A stretch of DNA of 64,000 nucleotides from Octopus vulgaris (GCA_951406725.2 OX597819.1:43710001-43774000), one strand, 5' to 3'; numbered from the stretch's first letter, positions 42,028-59,650 are shown. The notes: generated by a model not told the origin, from the letters alone. Numbers and translations are program-made.

Positions 42028-42890
42028 TCGAAAAATACCTTAGGAATGAGAACCCAGGTTCAAAATTTCCCCCAAGACACCTGAAGAAGGCCGGAGGTTA
42101 TATCAGCCGAAACAGTGTGTTAACAACTAACAAGATGGGGACAAATATTTTCTGTCGAATATAGATAATATAAATAATCGAATATTTGGTGAAAAATGTT
42201 CAGCATTCGTCTTCGCTTTCTTTCTTTCGCAACACTGAGGTCAATGTAATCGACTAGAATCCTCCCGCGAAAAATTTACGTCTTGTATCTATACGACGAA
42301 GGATTATATCCTACAACTTAAAAGTCAAGATTTTAACTTTTTTGATCAACCTAGTTGTTTAAGATTAGCTGTTTGACCAAGTGTATTAGGTTAAATTTCA
42401 GTATAATTTTGTATCGAGTGAAGAATGGTTTGTTGTCAAATAATGCTATATTTTATTGTTATCACTTATGAATATCTTATTCCCAGTTTCAATAGAAAAG
42501 CTTTTAATTAAGATTTTAATTTAAATTAAGCGCAATTAAAATTACAAAACCTTGTACTTCGTTTGACCTCACTGAACTTCGTAAATTACCAATTTGCGTC
42601 TCCTACAATTTCGTGGTACGTTCAAATCGTTAACAATTAATGAATGTTGATCAAATTGAAGCAACACCAACATTTTGAATTAAAATATGTAGACAAAATA
42701 ATTTAATATCTAAAATTGAAATAGCAGAAAACACTCGTTTATTTTCATAATATATGCCAGAATTGATAAGGAATAAGAGATTATTGTATAGCTATATTAT
42801 TTTATAGAAATTCTAAAAATATATCTCTCTCCTGATTCTTACAATAGAATAACAATCGAATATTTGTCGAAAAATTTTCAGCATTCATTT
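41445..42890 (+). repeat. Local direct duplication (~250 bp); first copy interrupted by a Penelope insertion
   Basis: 41445-41658 plus 42188-42210 match 42645-42890. Confidence 0.88.
41659..42175 (+). mobile_element. 5'-truncated Penelope-like element: GIY-YIG C-terminus, tRNA-like segment, (AAT)n, hammerhead
   Basis: Frame 41678-41887 reads IADYIWKNGNHLPLFDKVKIIDREYHWKIRKLKEAAHM...SIWEPVLRK. 12-bp TSD AATCGAATATTT (41647-58, 42176-87). Begins with an inverted copy of the family's 3' end. Confidence 0.88.
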
Positions 42891-43651
42891 TCACTTCCTT
42901 TTAAAATGAACATATATATATAAATATATATACTTCTTGCTTAGTTATATTTTTTTTAATGATTATAATGTTAAATCATTACAAACAATTATATTTGAAA
43001 AATATTAGAATTCGTAACAACCTAAATCTTCAAACGCAGTAAAACGTTAAGTATTAATATTTGTAAACTTGCTATTTTTGTTTACTTTATACATCTTACA
43101 GTTTATGTAGCTATCGAATTGATGTAAATTCTTTTTCACTATAATAGCTAATAATTTGCGCATTAAAAGGAAAAATGCACAAATGCTAATAATTTTCCCG
43201 ACCTTTCAGTGAAGTCACCTATCATTACGGAGTAAGTGGAGTTTGCGTTTTCTCTAGCTATTGGATGGATTCTTCCACTTCATTTTCTTCGCAAGCACTT
43301 GTGGGTGCAGAGGTCTGGAGGGTCTTGAGGGTAACATTTCCTGAGACACGAATGCTTAGCTCTACGATATATATATATATATATAAATAACTTACTGTTA
43401 ATAAAAACCAGGGTGCATTGCGTTCCGATTCTTAGTAAATGCAAAAATGTATAGTAAATGCACAAACGAAAAGTGAAAAAAGAAAAACGTATAATGAATG
43501 CACAGACGAACGGAAAAACGTATACTGAGTGCACAAACGGACAGAAAACAAAAACTGAAGGTCCCTATTTCTTCATCAGTTATCAACCAGATGGTACTAC
43601 TCAGTTTCGCACCATTAATGATAAGACAGATGCTCCCCATGCTAGCGGTAC

Positions 43652-43689
<38 letters not shown>

Positions 43690-43695
<6 letters not shown>

Positions 43696-43904
43696 CCGGT
43701 CTTTCAAAATGTGACCTCGTGTGTACCGTTGTCGATTTTTTTCCCTCTGTCTTCCCTTCTCTGGATCTTTCCTTCCCCTATGTTTCCGACGAAGAGCTCC
43801 GCTCGAAACGTTAAACCCTCCTTCTTTCCTGAGCGTCCAATAATACTATATTTGTTCCACGTCCTCGCGTTATTGTGTTTTTTTGTGCTTTCTTGTCTGG
43901 ATTA

Positions 43905-43910
<6 letters not shown>
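43690..43910 (+). mobile_element. Penelope-type terminal repeat with minimal hammerhead (43782-43816)
   Basis: GTTT-CCGACGA-A-GAGC-TCC-GCTC-GAAACGTT-AAAC, flanked by (TA)n on both sides. Confidence 0.68.
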
Positions 43911-43964
<54 letters not shown>

Positions 43965-44196
43965 ATATTAATATGTGTATATATGGAAAGATGAACGTAC
44001 ATCTACATAGACGTACACACATAAGTAAGCAAATGCATACAGCACACACACACACACACACAACAGAATAAACAAGCAGACACAAGCAGACACGCAAATG
44101 CATAGACACAAAAGGCAGCACTTCTTACTCTCTTTCCAAGAAAGAATAATGTCTTAAAGTCAAATCAATAGAAAATATTCTTCTCCTTCATTCGCA

Positions 44197-44990
<794 letters not shown>

Positions 44991-45309
44991 TCGCAATACA
45001 AACCACAGAAATGAAGTAATAAGCAATGCAAGAGTCTTTTTATAAATTTACAATTATTTTTAGACAAGATGAATTAGAAATAAATTTGATGATTAAATTG
45101 TTTAGAAATACAGGGAAAATGTCAACAAACTATCGCCAGATAAAAATTACAATAATAGTTGTTGTTGTTGTTTTTGGTAGTAATTTTGGTTTTCTTAATG
45201 TCGTTGTTGCTGCCATTGTAGTGGTTACCGATATTTCGTTTTCTGGTTATTGCAGTAATCGTGATGTTGCTTACTGGTCTGATGGCGATGGGGCTGCTGT
45301 TGATGGAAT

Positions 45310-47900
<2,591 letters not shown>

Positions 47901-48335
47901 ACAAACTACTTATTTTTTGGTTATTTATCCGGCTGAATTTTAATTACTGGCTCACCGTAACGTTCACTTCCTCTTAACAACGTTTATTTTCAGCGTGTTC
48001 CATAAAATTCTGCAACGCTAACAATAATATCAATATATAAGACGAACAGATAATATATAGCTAACACATAAATTACTATCAGAGATCGACACAGATAAGG
48101 GCTGTAGTCAAACTGACAGAACCGGCAGCTGTGTGTGATCAACACTATATTTCAGTATATCAGCATATCGGCATATCAGCTCTTATAGTATTTTAGATAT
48201 TTTAATGTGGTGGTGGTGGTGGTGGTAGCGGCGTGTTGGTTGTGGGTATATATGGCTGTATATGGATTTCTGAATTTGGTATATTATATGATAATGTAAT
48301 AAATTGTTAGATTGTCAATTGTGTTTCTCTATTTA

Positions 48336-48387
<52 letters not shown>

Positions 48388-48434
48388 ATAAAAAATTAAT
48401 GAGTTTATATTTATATATATATATATATTTACTT

Positions 48435-48790
48435 TCATTATTTTATTTGTTTCAGTCATCTGACTGTTGTCATGCTGGAGCATTGCCTTTAGTCGAAGAA
48501 ATCGACCCCAGTAGACTTATTCTTTGTTGTAAACTTAGTACTTATTCTATTGGTCTAGAATAACCAATATTCTATGGGACGTAAACGCACCAACATCGGT
48601 GTTGAGGGCGACAAACATAGGCACACACACACGTATACGACGGGCTTTTTTCAGTTTCCGTCTACCAAGTCCAGTCACAAGGCTATGGACGGCCCGAGGC
48701 TATAGTAGAAGACATTTGTCCAAGGTGCCACGCAATGGGGCTGAATCCGGAACCATGTGGTTGGGAAGCGAACTTCTTACCACATGTTAT
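48435..48790 (-). mobile_element. SINE family B, diverged
   Basis: Both halves recognisable. Confidence 0.82.
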
Positions 48791-49414
48791 TAAACAGATT
48801 TTCACTGTACCTCTAATCGATCTCATGTATGCGTATATAAGGTCACTCTTTCACTCTTAGTGCCACTGGCAACATGTAACCCAGTACGACCGGTCGCATG
48901 ATGAGGCCGCCAGCAACTAAACCTGCAACCGTAACATGCTTGGAAAGGAGGGTGGTTTTCGTTGGACAATTTTCAGGGTGAAAAACAAAACCATTCAAAG
49001 TAAAGGTGAGCTCAGTTGGGTCAACAGCCAATCAAGAGCTGGGGGCGAGAAAAAATCCTAGTCATTGTTTAGACATCTCTCTACGCGAAGGAAATTCCGA
49101 AGTAACATCCGCCTCATTGCAAAGCCAGCAATCTTTTGCTCTTGTTTGTCTTTGTTTCTGGACTACTTGGATTTGTAGAGAGTCTTAGCGATGTTGTGCA
49201 AGCTGTTACTGACTTCAAATTTCGGTGCTGGCGTTGCTGACAGACATTATCTTTAACACCAAGGATAAGAGAATTAGTCAGTGGTGGTCATACTCGTCTT
49301 CTAGTTGACAGCCACCGTCTATGAATATCTATTATTTATCTACAGTCAGTCGTCGCGACTATGACTGTTCATGGCTTTGGCATGACTTAATGATCTTTCT
49401 CCATACTGGTCGGT

Positions 49415-49770
49415 TTTTCGCTTGGCTTTGCCAACGGCGCTTAAGGTGGTTCGGTCATGCGGCCCGGCGTCCAGAGGGTGAGCTTATTCGCGATGTCCTC
49501 CTCCCACCCCCACTTCCCAACTGGCGCAAACGCAAGGGCGGGCAGCTGAAGACCTGGGCAACGACGATAAAGGAGGACCTCTTCGAACTCTCAGGTCCGC
49601 AGGTGGTCGGTCTGCGCAGATGGAACCGCAAATGGCTTGCTATCTCCAGTGACCTCGTACAGGACCGTCGAGCGTGGGCCGCCATGGTTCGTGATGCCGT
49701 CAGGACCAGAGAAGAAGCCGGCTCAACCCGCCTTGGGTGAACGCCGTCACAAGTACAAGTACAAGTAAGT
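49415..49770 (+). mobile_element. 5'-truncated RTE-clade LINE 3' end
   Basis: QRRLRWFGHAARRPEGELIRDVL...GGQLKTWATTIKEDL...DRRAW; stop at 49740; (ACAAGT)n tail. Confidence 0.9.
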
Positions 49771-49789
49771 GGGTTTCCCATTTTCATAT

Positions 49790-50170
49790 GATCAATACTT
49801 TTTCACTTCATATACCTCTTTGAATCTCAGTCTAGGTCTTCCATGGTTTCTTTTCTCCTTGTATAGCTGGGAACAAGAGAGTTGTCTGGGGAGTCTGCTG
49901 CAGTCCGTCCTGTGATTACGTATCAACCAACGTAAATTGTTGTCAATGAGGATTTCCATCATAAGGAGCAGACAAGCATGCCGTAGGATCTCTCCATTCT
50001 TGATCTTGTCAAAGAGAACGATATTCATAATATGTCGCAGCTGTCCCATCATATATGCACGTAATTTATCTGCTTGAATTTTATAGACTGTCCAAGTTTA
50101 AGCTCCATAGAGCAGGGAAGAAGGCACTATGGCCTGGTATACCTTGCATTTGTCACGTATAGAAACATGC
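49790..50170 (-). pseudogene. RTE (BovB-like) ORF2 C-terminal fragment
   Basis: LRWL...RLPRQL...RNHGRPRLRFK motifs. Confidence 0.8.
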
Positions 50171-50801
50171 CTTTTTTTTTCACAGCGTTTCCTGTAAAAA
50201 GAAAAAGAGAGAGAGTGAGAGAAAGAGAGTGAAAGAAAGAGAGAGAAAGAAAGAGAGAAAAAGAGAGAGAGAAAAAGCGGGAAAGTATTTATGTGTATGT
50301 GTGTAGGTTAGTGTGTGTGTGTGAGAGTGTGCGTGCGTGTGTGCGTGTATGTGTGTGTGTGATTTGTCTGTTTTCAAAAACCAAACACAACAAGGCTCAA
50401 TTTACCTTTAGGTATGTGTTGAGTGCGATAAACAGGCGTCCAAATTACCAACGGAACGGAACGCTGGATCAGATATGTCTTCCTGTTTACCATACATATC
50501 ACACACACAGACACACAGACACACACACACACACACACGCACACACGCACACACACACACATACACACAAACACACCCATACACATATGTATATACGGAT
50601 AGACATGTATAAACACACGCAGAAATAGTTACATGGAAGCATTGCTTCTTTTCAGTTGTCTCTCTCTTTTTATTTCCTTTTTTGGTTTCAATTTTCTAAA
50701 TGGGGAAAAATTTTAAATCTTGTTTAAGAATAAATTAGAAAGTTAGAAAACAAGAAAATAGATGTCTCATATGTATGTATATATATATATATGTATGTAT
50801 G

Positions 50802-50835
<34 letters not shown>

Positions 50836-50885
50836 TGTATGTATGTATGTATGTATGTATGTATGTATGTATGTATGTATGTATG

Positions 50886-50926
<41 letters not shown>

Positions 50927-51100
50927 ATGTATACATATACACATATATGTATTTTTTTATGTATATAAATACGAAGACAAGGAAGCTCAACATATGTTGT
51001 AATACAACTTTTAGATGTGTCTTTGAATAACTTTATGCAAGAAATATTTAAATATATATTTAGCACAACAGTTGTGTCAGCATTATGTATTTTCCTTTTG

Positions 51101-51178
<78 letters not shown>

Positions 51179-51207
51179 ACATCCATGCAAGATCTAATAT
51201 GTACTTG

Positions 51208-51309
<102 letters not shown>

Positions 51310-51544
51310 GTATGTATATATGTCATCAGTTATTTGTGTTACTTTTACATCATATTTTCTGTATTTTTTTATACTATCATATTTTAGTGTTTGTCTATTT
51401 GGGCCCATAAATGACTAACTAAATGTGTGAGTGTGTATGTTGAAGTAAGCGTGTGAATGTGTATCTAATTTTGTGTGTAGATGTATATCTGTAGTGTGTG
51501 TATGTGTGTGTGTGTGTGACTCTGTCTTAAATTCTCGCTTTTGT

Positions 51545-51960
51545 TAGCTGAGTAGACTGGAGCAACGTGAAATAAAATGTGTTGCTTAAGGGTAGAAAGC
51601 GCCTCTCAGACCGGGAATCGAACCTTTAACCGTACGACCTAGTGCTCAGTTGCTTTACCACTAGACCACGCACCTTCTCAATTTTTATTCCCTTGCTGGT
51701 TTTCTCTTTACGCAGCCAATGGTTATATGATGGCTTCTATAACATGAATTGTGTAAGTGCATGGCTTAGTGGTTAGGGTATTCGGTTCACGATCGTAAGG
51801 TCGTGAGTTCAATTCCCAGCGATGCGTTGTGTCCTTGAGCAAGGCTCTTTATTTCACGTTGCTCCAGTCCACTCAACTTGCAAAAATGAGTTGTATCTAC
51901 AATTCAAAGTACCAGCCTTTTCGTATTCTATGTCACGCTGAATTTCACCGAAAACTACGT
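51545..51960. mobile_element. Two divergently oriented SINE D copies (51545-51680 -, 51755-51960 +)
   Basis: TGGCTTAGTGG / GAGTTCAATTCC boxes and GTGTCCTTGAGCAAGG CORE-like segment. Confidence 0.78.
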
Positions 51961-51999
51961 TAAGTGCATCTTTAAAGTGAGAGCGAACTTGTCTCTCCT

Positions 52000-53500
52000 A
52001 GATAAAAAAGAAAGAGGTGATGCCATCAACTACTCAGTAATTGCTCATCTTGAAGGTTTCTACAGGAATTTTGTCTGGCCCTGGAGATTTGTTATTCAAT
52101 ATTTTACTAATGGCTGTTGGAACCTCAATTAAGTGTTGGGGAATAGGAATGCAGTCAATGGTGGCAGTGATGACGTAAATTGGACGATTGAGAAGAAGTT
52201 GAAAATGTTCTGTCTAACTGCTAAGAATAGCAGATTCCTGTTTTTCGTCTGTTGATCCATCTGTTGACTTGAGTGGAATTACAGCAGACGGAGGAGGGCC
52301 AGAGATGATTTTGAGTGCTGCATAAATTTTCTCGTGTATCTTCGGTCAATGTAACATTAGAACCCACCAATCGCTATGGAATTAGCGAATCGTGGTTTGT
52401 ATTTTATATATGAAAGTTTTGTATCTTTCTGTTTTTGGTAATTGAAGGTTGCTCAATGTCTGAAGCAAGTGAAGTATGTCTTTTCCAGATGATGAGTAAT
52501 ATAATTTTAGAATCGTTTTCATCAGACTGATGTCTTTGGTAAGTTCGATGAACTGCTGCAACTTTGGTTAGTTTAGGTTGATCCAGTGTTCTTCGATATA
52601 TTCTTGTGAGGACAGGGTGCATATTATTGAAGTACTTCAGAGATACGGTTTCCGAATGCAGCGTGGCGATTAGAGTTACGAAGAAATTCGATATTGACCT
52701 TCTTTCTCGGTGAGATATTACTAGCTATTCAGTTTCAGTTTCACTTTGATGTTGACTTTCAGATAACCAGTCACTGATTCATCCTACAGTCGTCGGTGTC
52801 TTTCATGGCTCTAATGATATGAACGTTTGATCTATCTATGGCTCTGGTGATGACATAGTCGATGAGCTGCTAATAATTCGATCTCGAGCGCTTCAAAGAT
52901 ATTTTGTATTTATCTTTGTGTCTGGGAAAGGTATTATTCATAACAAAGTTATCCTCAGAACAAAGACCCAGCAATACAAGACCAATTGAGTTGAAATTGT
53001 CGACTCCTTTCCTCAATATATTCTCTCAAAGAGGATAAATTTTTCCTAATTCTTGCGCTTAAGTCCTCCATTATGTAAAGTTTGTCACGTTTGGGGACTG
53101 AATGAAGAGATTAATTGAGATATTCGCAAAATATCCTGCCAACTCTTTATCGGAATCCAGTGTTGGAAAGTATGCACTGACGACAGTAATGTGATTCTTT
53201 GCAGCAGAACGATGTTGTTTCATAATGAAAATCTTCATGGCAAATCTAACTCGTCGCAGCTTTTAATCTTCACATGGTCTCTCTTTGTAAAAAAGTGTGT
53301 AGTTGGCTCCAATTTCTGTCCTTTTTCCTTCATCAAGTAGTTGCATCTCACTTAATATTACCGTATCAACAAGGGCTGATCTTCTTTCCGGTCTGTCGCA
53401 CACGGTTGCTCTTCCACCAACCAGTGTACGAACATTCCAAATTTTCATAACCAATGTAGTTCGAATAAATTTCTTTCGATTATAACCAATGCATTCAGAA
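52000..53500 (-). pseudogene. Degenerate RTE-clade LINE: APE endonuclease to pre-RT region
   Basis: WNVRTLVG...DRPERRSALV...LSE...YTLF, then VVSAYFPTL and LIDYVITR motifs, with many frameshifts. Confidence 0.8.
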
Positions 53501-53823
53501 ATTTTAGTAACCAAGGAATATTGCGTGACACTTTAAAATATATGGCATCAAAATTTTCTTCTTAAATGACATTATCTCATAATGCTTTTGCTGTACCAGT
53601 GCTGGTCACAATAGTTTTCATCTGCGATAAGGCTATAGTAAAACAACCCGGTCAGTTGAGATAAAAAGCAGTAGGATCATAACTGGAAACGCTGACAAAG
53701 ATAGTGAAATCTACGGCTTTTGTCTCAGAAGAAAAGACAAGAGAAGTGATTCAGAATCAATTCAGTTTTTCTGTCCCGTATTTTATCAGTATGACAGCAA
53801 CATCTAAATAACTAAATAATTAA

Positions 53824-54054
53824 GGCGGCGAGCTGGCAGAAGCGTTAGTACGCCGGGCGAAATGCTTAGCGGTATTTCGTTTGCCGTTACGTTCTGAGTT
53901 CAAATTCCGCCGAGGTCGACTTTGCCTTTCATCCTTTCGGGGTCGATAAATTAAGTACCAGTTACGCACTGGGGTCGATATAATCGACTTGATCCCTTTG
54001 TCTGTTCTTGTTTGTCCCCTCTGTGTGTAGCCCCTTGTGGGCAATAAAGAAATA
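53824..54054 (+). mobile_element. SINE family A, full-length
   Basis: Complete match; CAGCA(A/G)CATCTAAATAACT is repeated on both sides (TSD-like). Confidence 0.92.
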
Positions 54055-55158
54055 AGCAGCATCTAAATAACTGCAGCAATAACAAAAGTGATGAAAACAC
54101 TGAGAGTTGCTAATCAATTCCTCAAGAAATATTTGGTTCTCGAAGATGTTCCATGCGAACCCAGAACTCTTTGAAGAACCCTTTTCGACAAGAAACTTGG
54201 GAAAAAACATCCTGAATACTAACACTATGTTATTGCATGGTATTGTTTCTTGGAAACTTGAGAACACAGCTAATATTGACTGGAAACACAGTCACTCTTA
54301 GACTAGATATCTTTACTGACATCGTGTCAGAGTTTAGTTTTAACGTTTTTGTAGTCCAAGAGCAAGAGATAACTACGCAATCCTGTTGAAAAACACCACA
54401 TCAAAACAGTGAATCTCTTAAATCCCACTAAATGAAACAGAAAATATCGATTATATCATACACATATGTGATAGACATTACACATGTGATAAACACAGCT
54501 GCCCTAAATGTCTTAAAGGCTTTATCTTCCAATGCGGCATGACGTGGTTGCTACAACAATATTAAATGCCATACGAAGGAAGAATGGCCATTGAAGAAAT
54601 ATTTGTCATCGGGTATATACATACAATGCGTACAATCCAATATAAAGGATATTATCGGAATATCCTCATCAACACTTTTATTAAGCTCAAAACACATCAG
54701 GCCTGACATAAGTTGGGGATGGAAAATTAAATCCCTGTTAGGGAAGTCAACTGCTCAATGTATATAAACATTTCATTCAAAATCGGTGAGAAAGAGAAAA
54801 TATTTATGGTCAATTACTCTGGAACCTGCAGATTGCCAATCTAGGTTATATATTTACATTTATATCTCATCTATTTGATGAACGTGCTAAAGTAATAATC
54901 TGGAAAAGGTAGAAGGATCACTAGGCAAAAGAACATAACAGCTAGCAATTACTCTGATCTTCCAGTAGAACAATGAAAATGTTCAAGGATTTTATAAAGT
55001 TTAGCGTATGTCTCTTTACAGTGTTTTTGTGCTTGTCTAAATTCTATAATAAATTATATAGAAGGAAATTTGTTTCTAAGTACGAAGCCAGGCCCTTCAG
55101 TGTCTTCTGTTATAGTGTAGGGGTGACCAACGGCTTCTCTCTGAATTTGGTAGACCGA

Positions 55159-55220
<62 letters not shown>

Positions 55221-55714
55221 GTACGCAAAGTTGGCAGTGCCTACCCTGAATAAAATAGACTGATAGTAACATTTTCCTTTTATGGCAAAACATGCACCAA
55301 ATTCAATAAAATTGTGAAATTTACTCTGATTACTATGCATAAAATACAAAATATGTTTTTGTAGATTAGGTAGGCATAATTCGCCCCTGTCTTTCAATCT
55401 CAGTATTAAAGCTACACATTATATTGCTGTAGTACACATGCTGCATACATTCCTACAACAAAGTTTTCTTTACGTACTATAAAGGCAGAAGTAAATCTGC
55501 CTTCAACTCAGTCGCACGTCTCTGTTTCGCTTTTTTTTTTGTGTGTGTTTTACTACATAAACGTTACCAACTGCCTACCCTGAGTAATTACTAACGGTAC
55601 GTGCCTGATATGTGTATCATAATTAGAGACAAACATGAGAATATACATATATACGTGAATAGCAGGTACTGTAAAAATTTGGATACCTGCACACAATCTC
55701 ATGTACATATGGAA

Positions 55715-55756
<42 letters not shown>

Positions 55757-56389
55757 TACACACAGACACACACACACACACACGCACAAACAAGCACACG
55801 CACACACAAACAGACAGACACGCACACACATATGCACTCACGCAAACACATGCACACACACACACACATCATCATCATCATCATTGTTCGACCGTGGTCG
55901 AGACAATGGAATTTACCATGCTATGCCAGACTTCACGGTTCATCACGGTCCATCACGGTCCTCACACACACGCACACATACATGCACACACACGTGCACG
56001 TGCGACCGTAAACGTACACGTACCTGCACGAACAGTAATGAATTGCATACAGATACGTGCAGTAAAGTGACTAAGACGCATCAACTACCTGCGTGAGAGT
56101 TTATTTGTACTTGTAAATGCACACGCACATACACACAGACACGCACACACACGCATGCACACATACACGAACATACAAAATTGCACGCGCGCAGACATGC
56201 ATGCACATGTAGACAGACAACCACGATATGGGTTGACTGTCGCAGAGGCAGACATAGATGATGATAAATACCTATATCCAACCACACACATAGGCAAGCA
56301 GATAAATAGAAAGATAAACAGTGTATATAAGATAGAGCAAACTGACACACACACACACATACATACACACACACACACACACATATATA

Positions 56390-56650
56390 TAAATGCATAC
56401 ATGTATGTTAATACATAAACACACATACACACACACACATATATATATAATGCATACATGTCTGTTAATATCTAAACACACACACACACACACACACATA
56501 CACTCATACACACACACACACATGCACACACATATATATATATATATATATAAATGCATACATGTATGTTAATACATAAACACACATACACACACACACA
56601 TATATATATAAATGCATACATGTATGTTAATATATAAACACGCACACACA
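56390..56650 (+). repeat. Minisatellite of ~60-bp units containing microsatellites
   Basis: AATGCATACATGT(A/C)TGTTAATA recurs four times. Confidence 0.8.
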
Positions 56651-56754
56651 CATATCAACATAAATTAATACAGCAAGAAAGTGAGAGATAGAGAGTCACA
56701 GACAAAGAAACAGAGAGAGAGACAGAGAGAGAGAAAGAAAGAGAGAGAGAGAGA

Positions 56755-56816
<62 letters not shown>

Positions 56817-57442
56817 TAGGTTGATGACGTTCTAGTTTTATTTCATTTTTAGTTTTAAACGTCCATGATGCGAAAGACAGCAAAGAAGAAAAACAAAAAA
56901 GAAAAAATAATAAAAATTAAAATAAAAAAGAACGGAAAAAAGACGTAGTCAAGACGGGCTATTTCTCACGGAAACATCGTAACGACAAAATGTAAACCAG
57001 TCTATGGCTTACTTGCGATTTTCTCTTCTTTTTCTGTTTAAATATTTTTTTGTTTGGTTTTACAAACGAACATCCTGAGAATGTAATTGCATAAGGAATT
57101 CAGTCGCTACAGGAGGTGACGTTACGAGATGAAGCTTCGTAATTGTCGACATTAGGAAGGTCAGTCGGTATGTATTGACAATATTTTACTAATGAATTTA
57201 ATATCCTCTGCTTGTGAGCCAGAGGCATTTTTAAATACTTGTAAACAAACGAGAGATACGTGTTGCTCTGGAATTAAATTATTACTCTGAATTCAATGAG
57301 AGAGAGAGAGAGTCGCGACAGAGAGAGGAGGGAGAGAGGCAGAGAGAGAGAGAGAGAGGGGGGAGAATGATAAAGAGAGCATGCTATGAAATTTTGTTTT
57401 GTTTATGCATGTATGAATGAATGTATTGCGTATGTATGTGTG

Positions 57443-57522
<80 letters not shown>

Positions 57523-57546
57523 CGTATATAAATGGATATATGTATC

Positions 57547-57586
<40 letters not shown>

Positions 57587-58999
57587 GTATCTACATGTAT
57601 ATGAGTGTGTATGTATATGTATATATGTAGATGTACGTATTTGTGTGTGTGTGTGTATCACGCACATTCTCATAAACGAAGAGGAGCGTCAAAAATGTCT
57701 GCACAAACAAATATATATATATATTGTACTATAAATGCATCTATAAAAATTCGTTAGTCGAAGATCACAAAAAATAAAACACCCCAAAACCCACCACGAC
57801 AAACTGATAGAAACAAATTCAACGTCCAAAATTTTGGTTTTTGAGTAATCGGGCTGAGACGAGACACGTTTATTTTTGAGCATGTACTGCTGCGGTTGGA
57901 CGAATATGGAGAGATACTTTAAACCGTGGAGAGTTGCTAACAGTTCTGGGGTGGGTAGATTGGTTAAAAAAGAAACTATGTTAGGCAAAATGCTGAGGTA
58001 TATAAGAAGAATAAGAAAAGATAATGGATTGAGACACGGGGATATTGCTGTTGTTGTTATTTAACCTGAGAAAAGCCTTGCATATTTTTATTGTTCTACT
58101 AACTGTTTGCATTTGTAATGTGCGAGTTGGTTGGCTGGTTGACTTCTTTTTCTGAAAATCCAAGCTTGGCCAGAGTATAAGTTAGGCATTTACTCACAAA
58201 ACCATGTGTACCCATTACTGTTAGTATAAATATGAATATCTAATCTGGATATAGAAGCTGGAGATTTCGAAGCAGTTGTCCATACTTATCCACTTTCTCT
58301 TTGATTTTCAAAGATATATTCATGTCAGCAGGACGGCTGATCCCTATCAGGTACATACTTTTACCTGTCTGTTCCAAACAACAATATCAGGTCTGTTATG
58401 CTTACACAGATGTTTTGATGGGAATGGTCTACCAGTATTCTTTGTATTGTTGCTTGTGTTTGTATTCAGTAACAGGGGCATTTTTTTATATTTCTCAGAA
58501 CAGTCTTTCTTTCCGGGTGTCATTCTATACTGTTTGTTTTTGTTTGTCGACAAAAAAAAAATCAGTATAAGGAGGTAGTACATTGATGATAGTTTTGGGC
58601 AACTGTTAATCGCGTGTGGTGTCTTCTACAGAAATATGATATAATCAGCATTTTCGGTTGCATGTTGGCACTCCAAGGGCTTCACCGTCTGTTTTGTTTA
58701 TTAGGTGTTTGGCAGCAATCTTCTGCTCTTTGATTGCAATTACATAGACTTCAAAATGTGATGTAATATAGCAGTCGCGAGTCCAAGAAAGGATTCTCTT
58801 CGTGTTACTATCACTGCCTCCTTCAAGACTTCGAAAAACATACCTTACACTGTGAGAACATTTTCGGGCAGTTGCTTGTGTTGTGGGTGACATCGTCAAT
58901 GTTAATTCCACAAAACCTGCATCGGTTGCCTATATCCCTATTCCCTATTCCCTATTTCCTTCAAAATGAAAGCTGATATCCCACTTGTTAGTTTATAGC

Positions 59000-59650
59000 T
59001 GCTGTCATTTTGAAAACCATTTGAGAACAGCGCCCTCATGACATCAGTCAGGGATTATTTTCTGAGGAGTTCATTCTCAACTCTCATGACGATTTCGACC
59101 TCACGCTTGTAGACTTGATCCATGGCAAGACTTCAGTATTTGTTAGTCAGTAGATTTGCCCCTTTGCCTTTTAACGAAACTGTGTCTACATTATTGCTGA
59201 TGTGGAAATTCCTCATTTGGGTTAACAACTTTCAAATTTTAATCTCAATAGACCGGATCTCACCTCATACCCAAAAGTGTAGCCCAAATATTGGTATGAG
59301 CATGGATACGTCAAACACATTGCGGGCTATCGATTTATTGCTTGCAGAAAGGTCTGAAAACCATATTTTTAAAATCCTGGCGTTATAGTTCCAGCTTACA
59401 CTCTACTTGTTATAGGTTCCATCATAGAAAATATTTTCATCTATTCCTAAGTAGTTATAGTATTCCTCAACAGACATCAGAGAAGCAGTCAGACCATTGA
59501 TAGTAATGTTACTAGATGAGTTTGTGATTCTTACAACCATGGGAGAACATTTATCCGTCATACTCCATCCTGATATCTTTTGAGAATGTCGTAACTGGGC
59601 CAACGTGTTTTCCTTCATGTCACCCAAAATTTTTGGCGATATATTTTCAG
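59000..59650 (-). pseudogene. Degenerate non-LTR (R4/Dong-like) RT-thumb fragment
   Basis: YNYLGIDENIFYDGTYNK (YKYLG motif), followed by degenerate R4-like sequence. Confidence 0.55.

Noticed and set aside
53824-53910. SINE heads as functional tRNA genes
   Set aside because: A/B boxes are present but there is no complete cloverleaf, and each continues into a SINE body.
57850-58950. Short ORFs in non-repetitive sequence as host exons
   Set aside because: No codon bias or recognisable domain; likely decayed retroelement sequence adjoining the 59000-59650 fragment.
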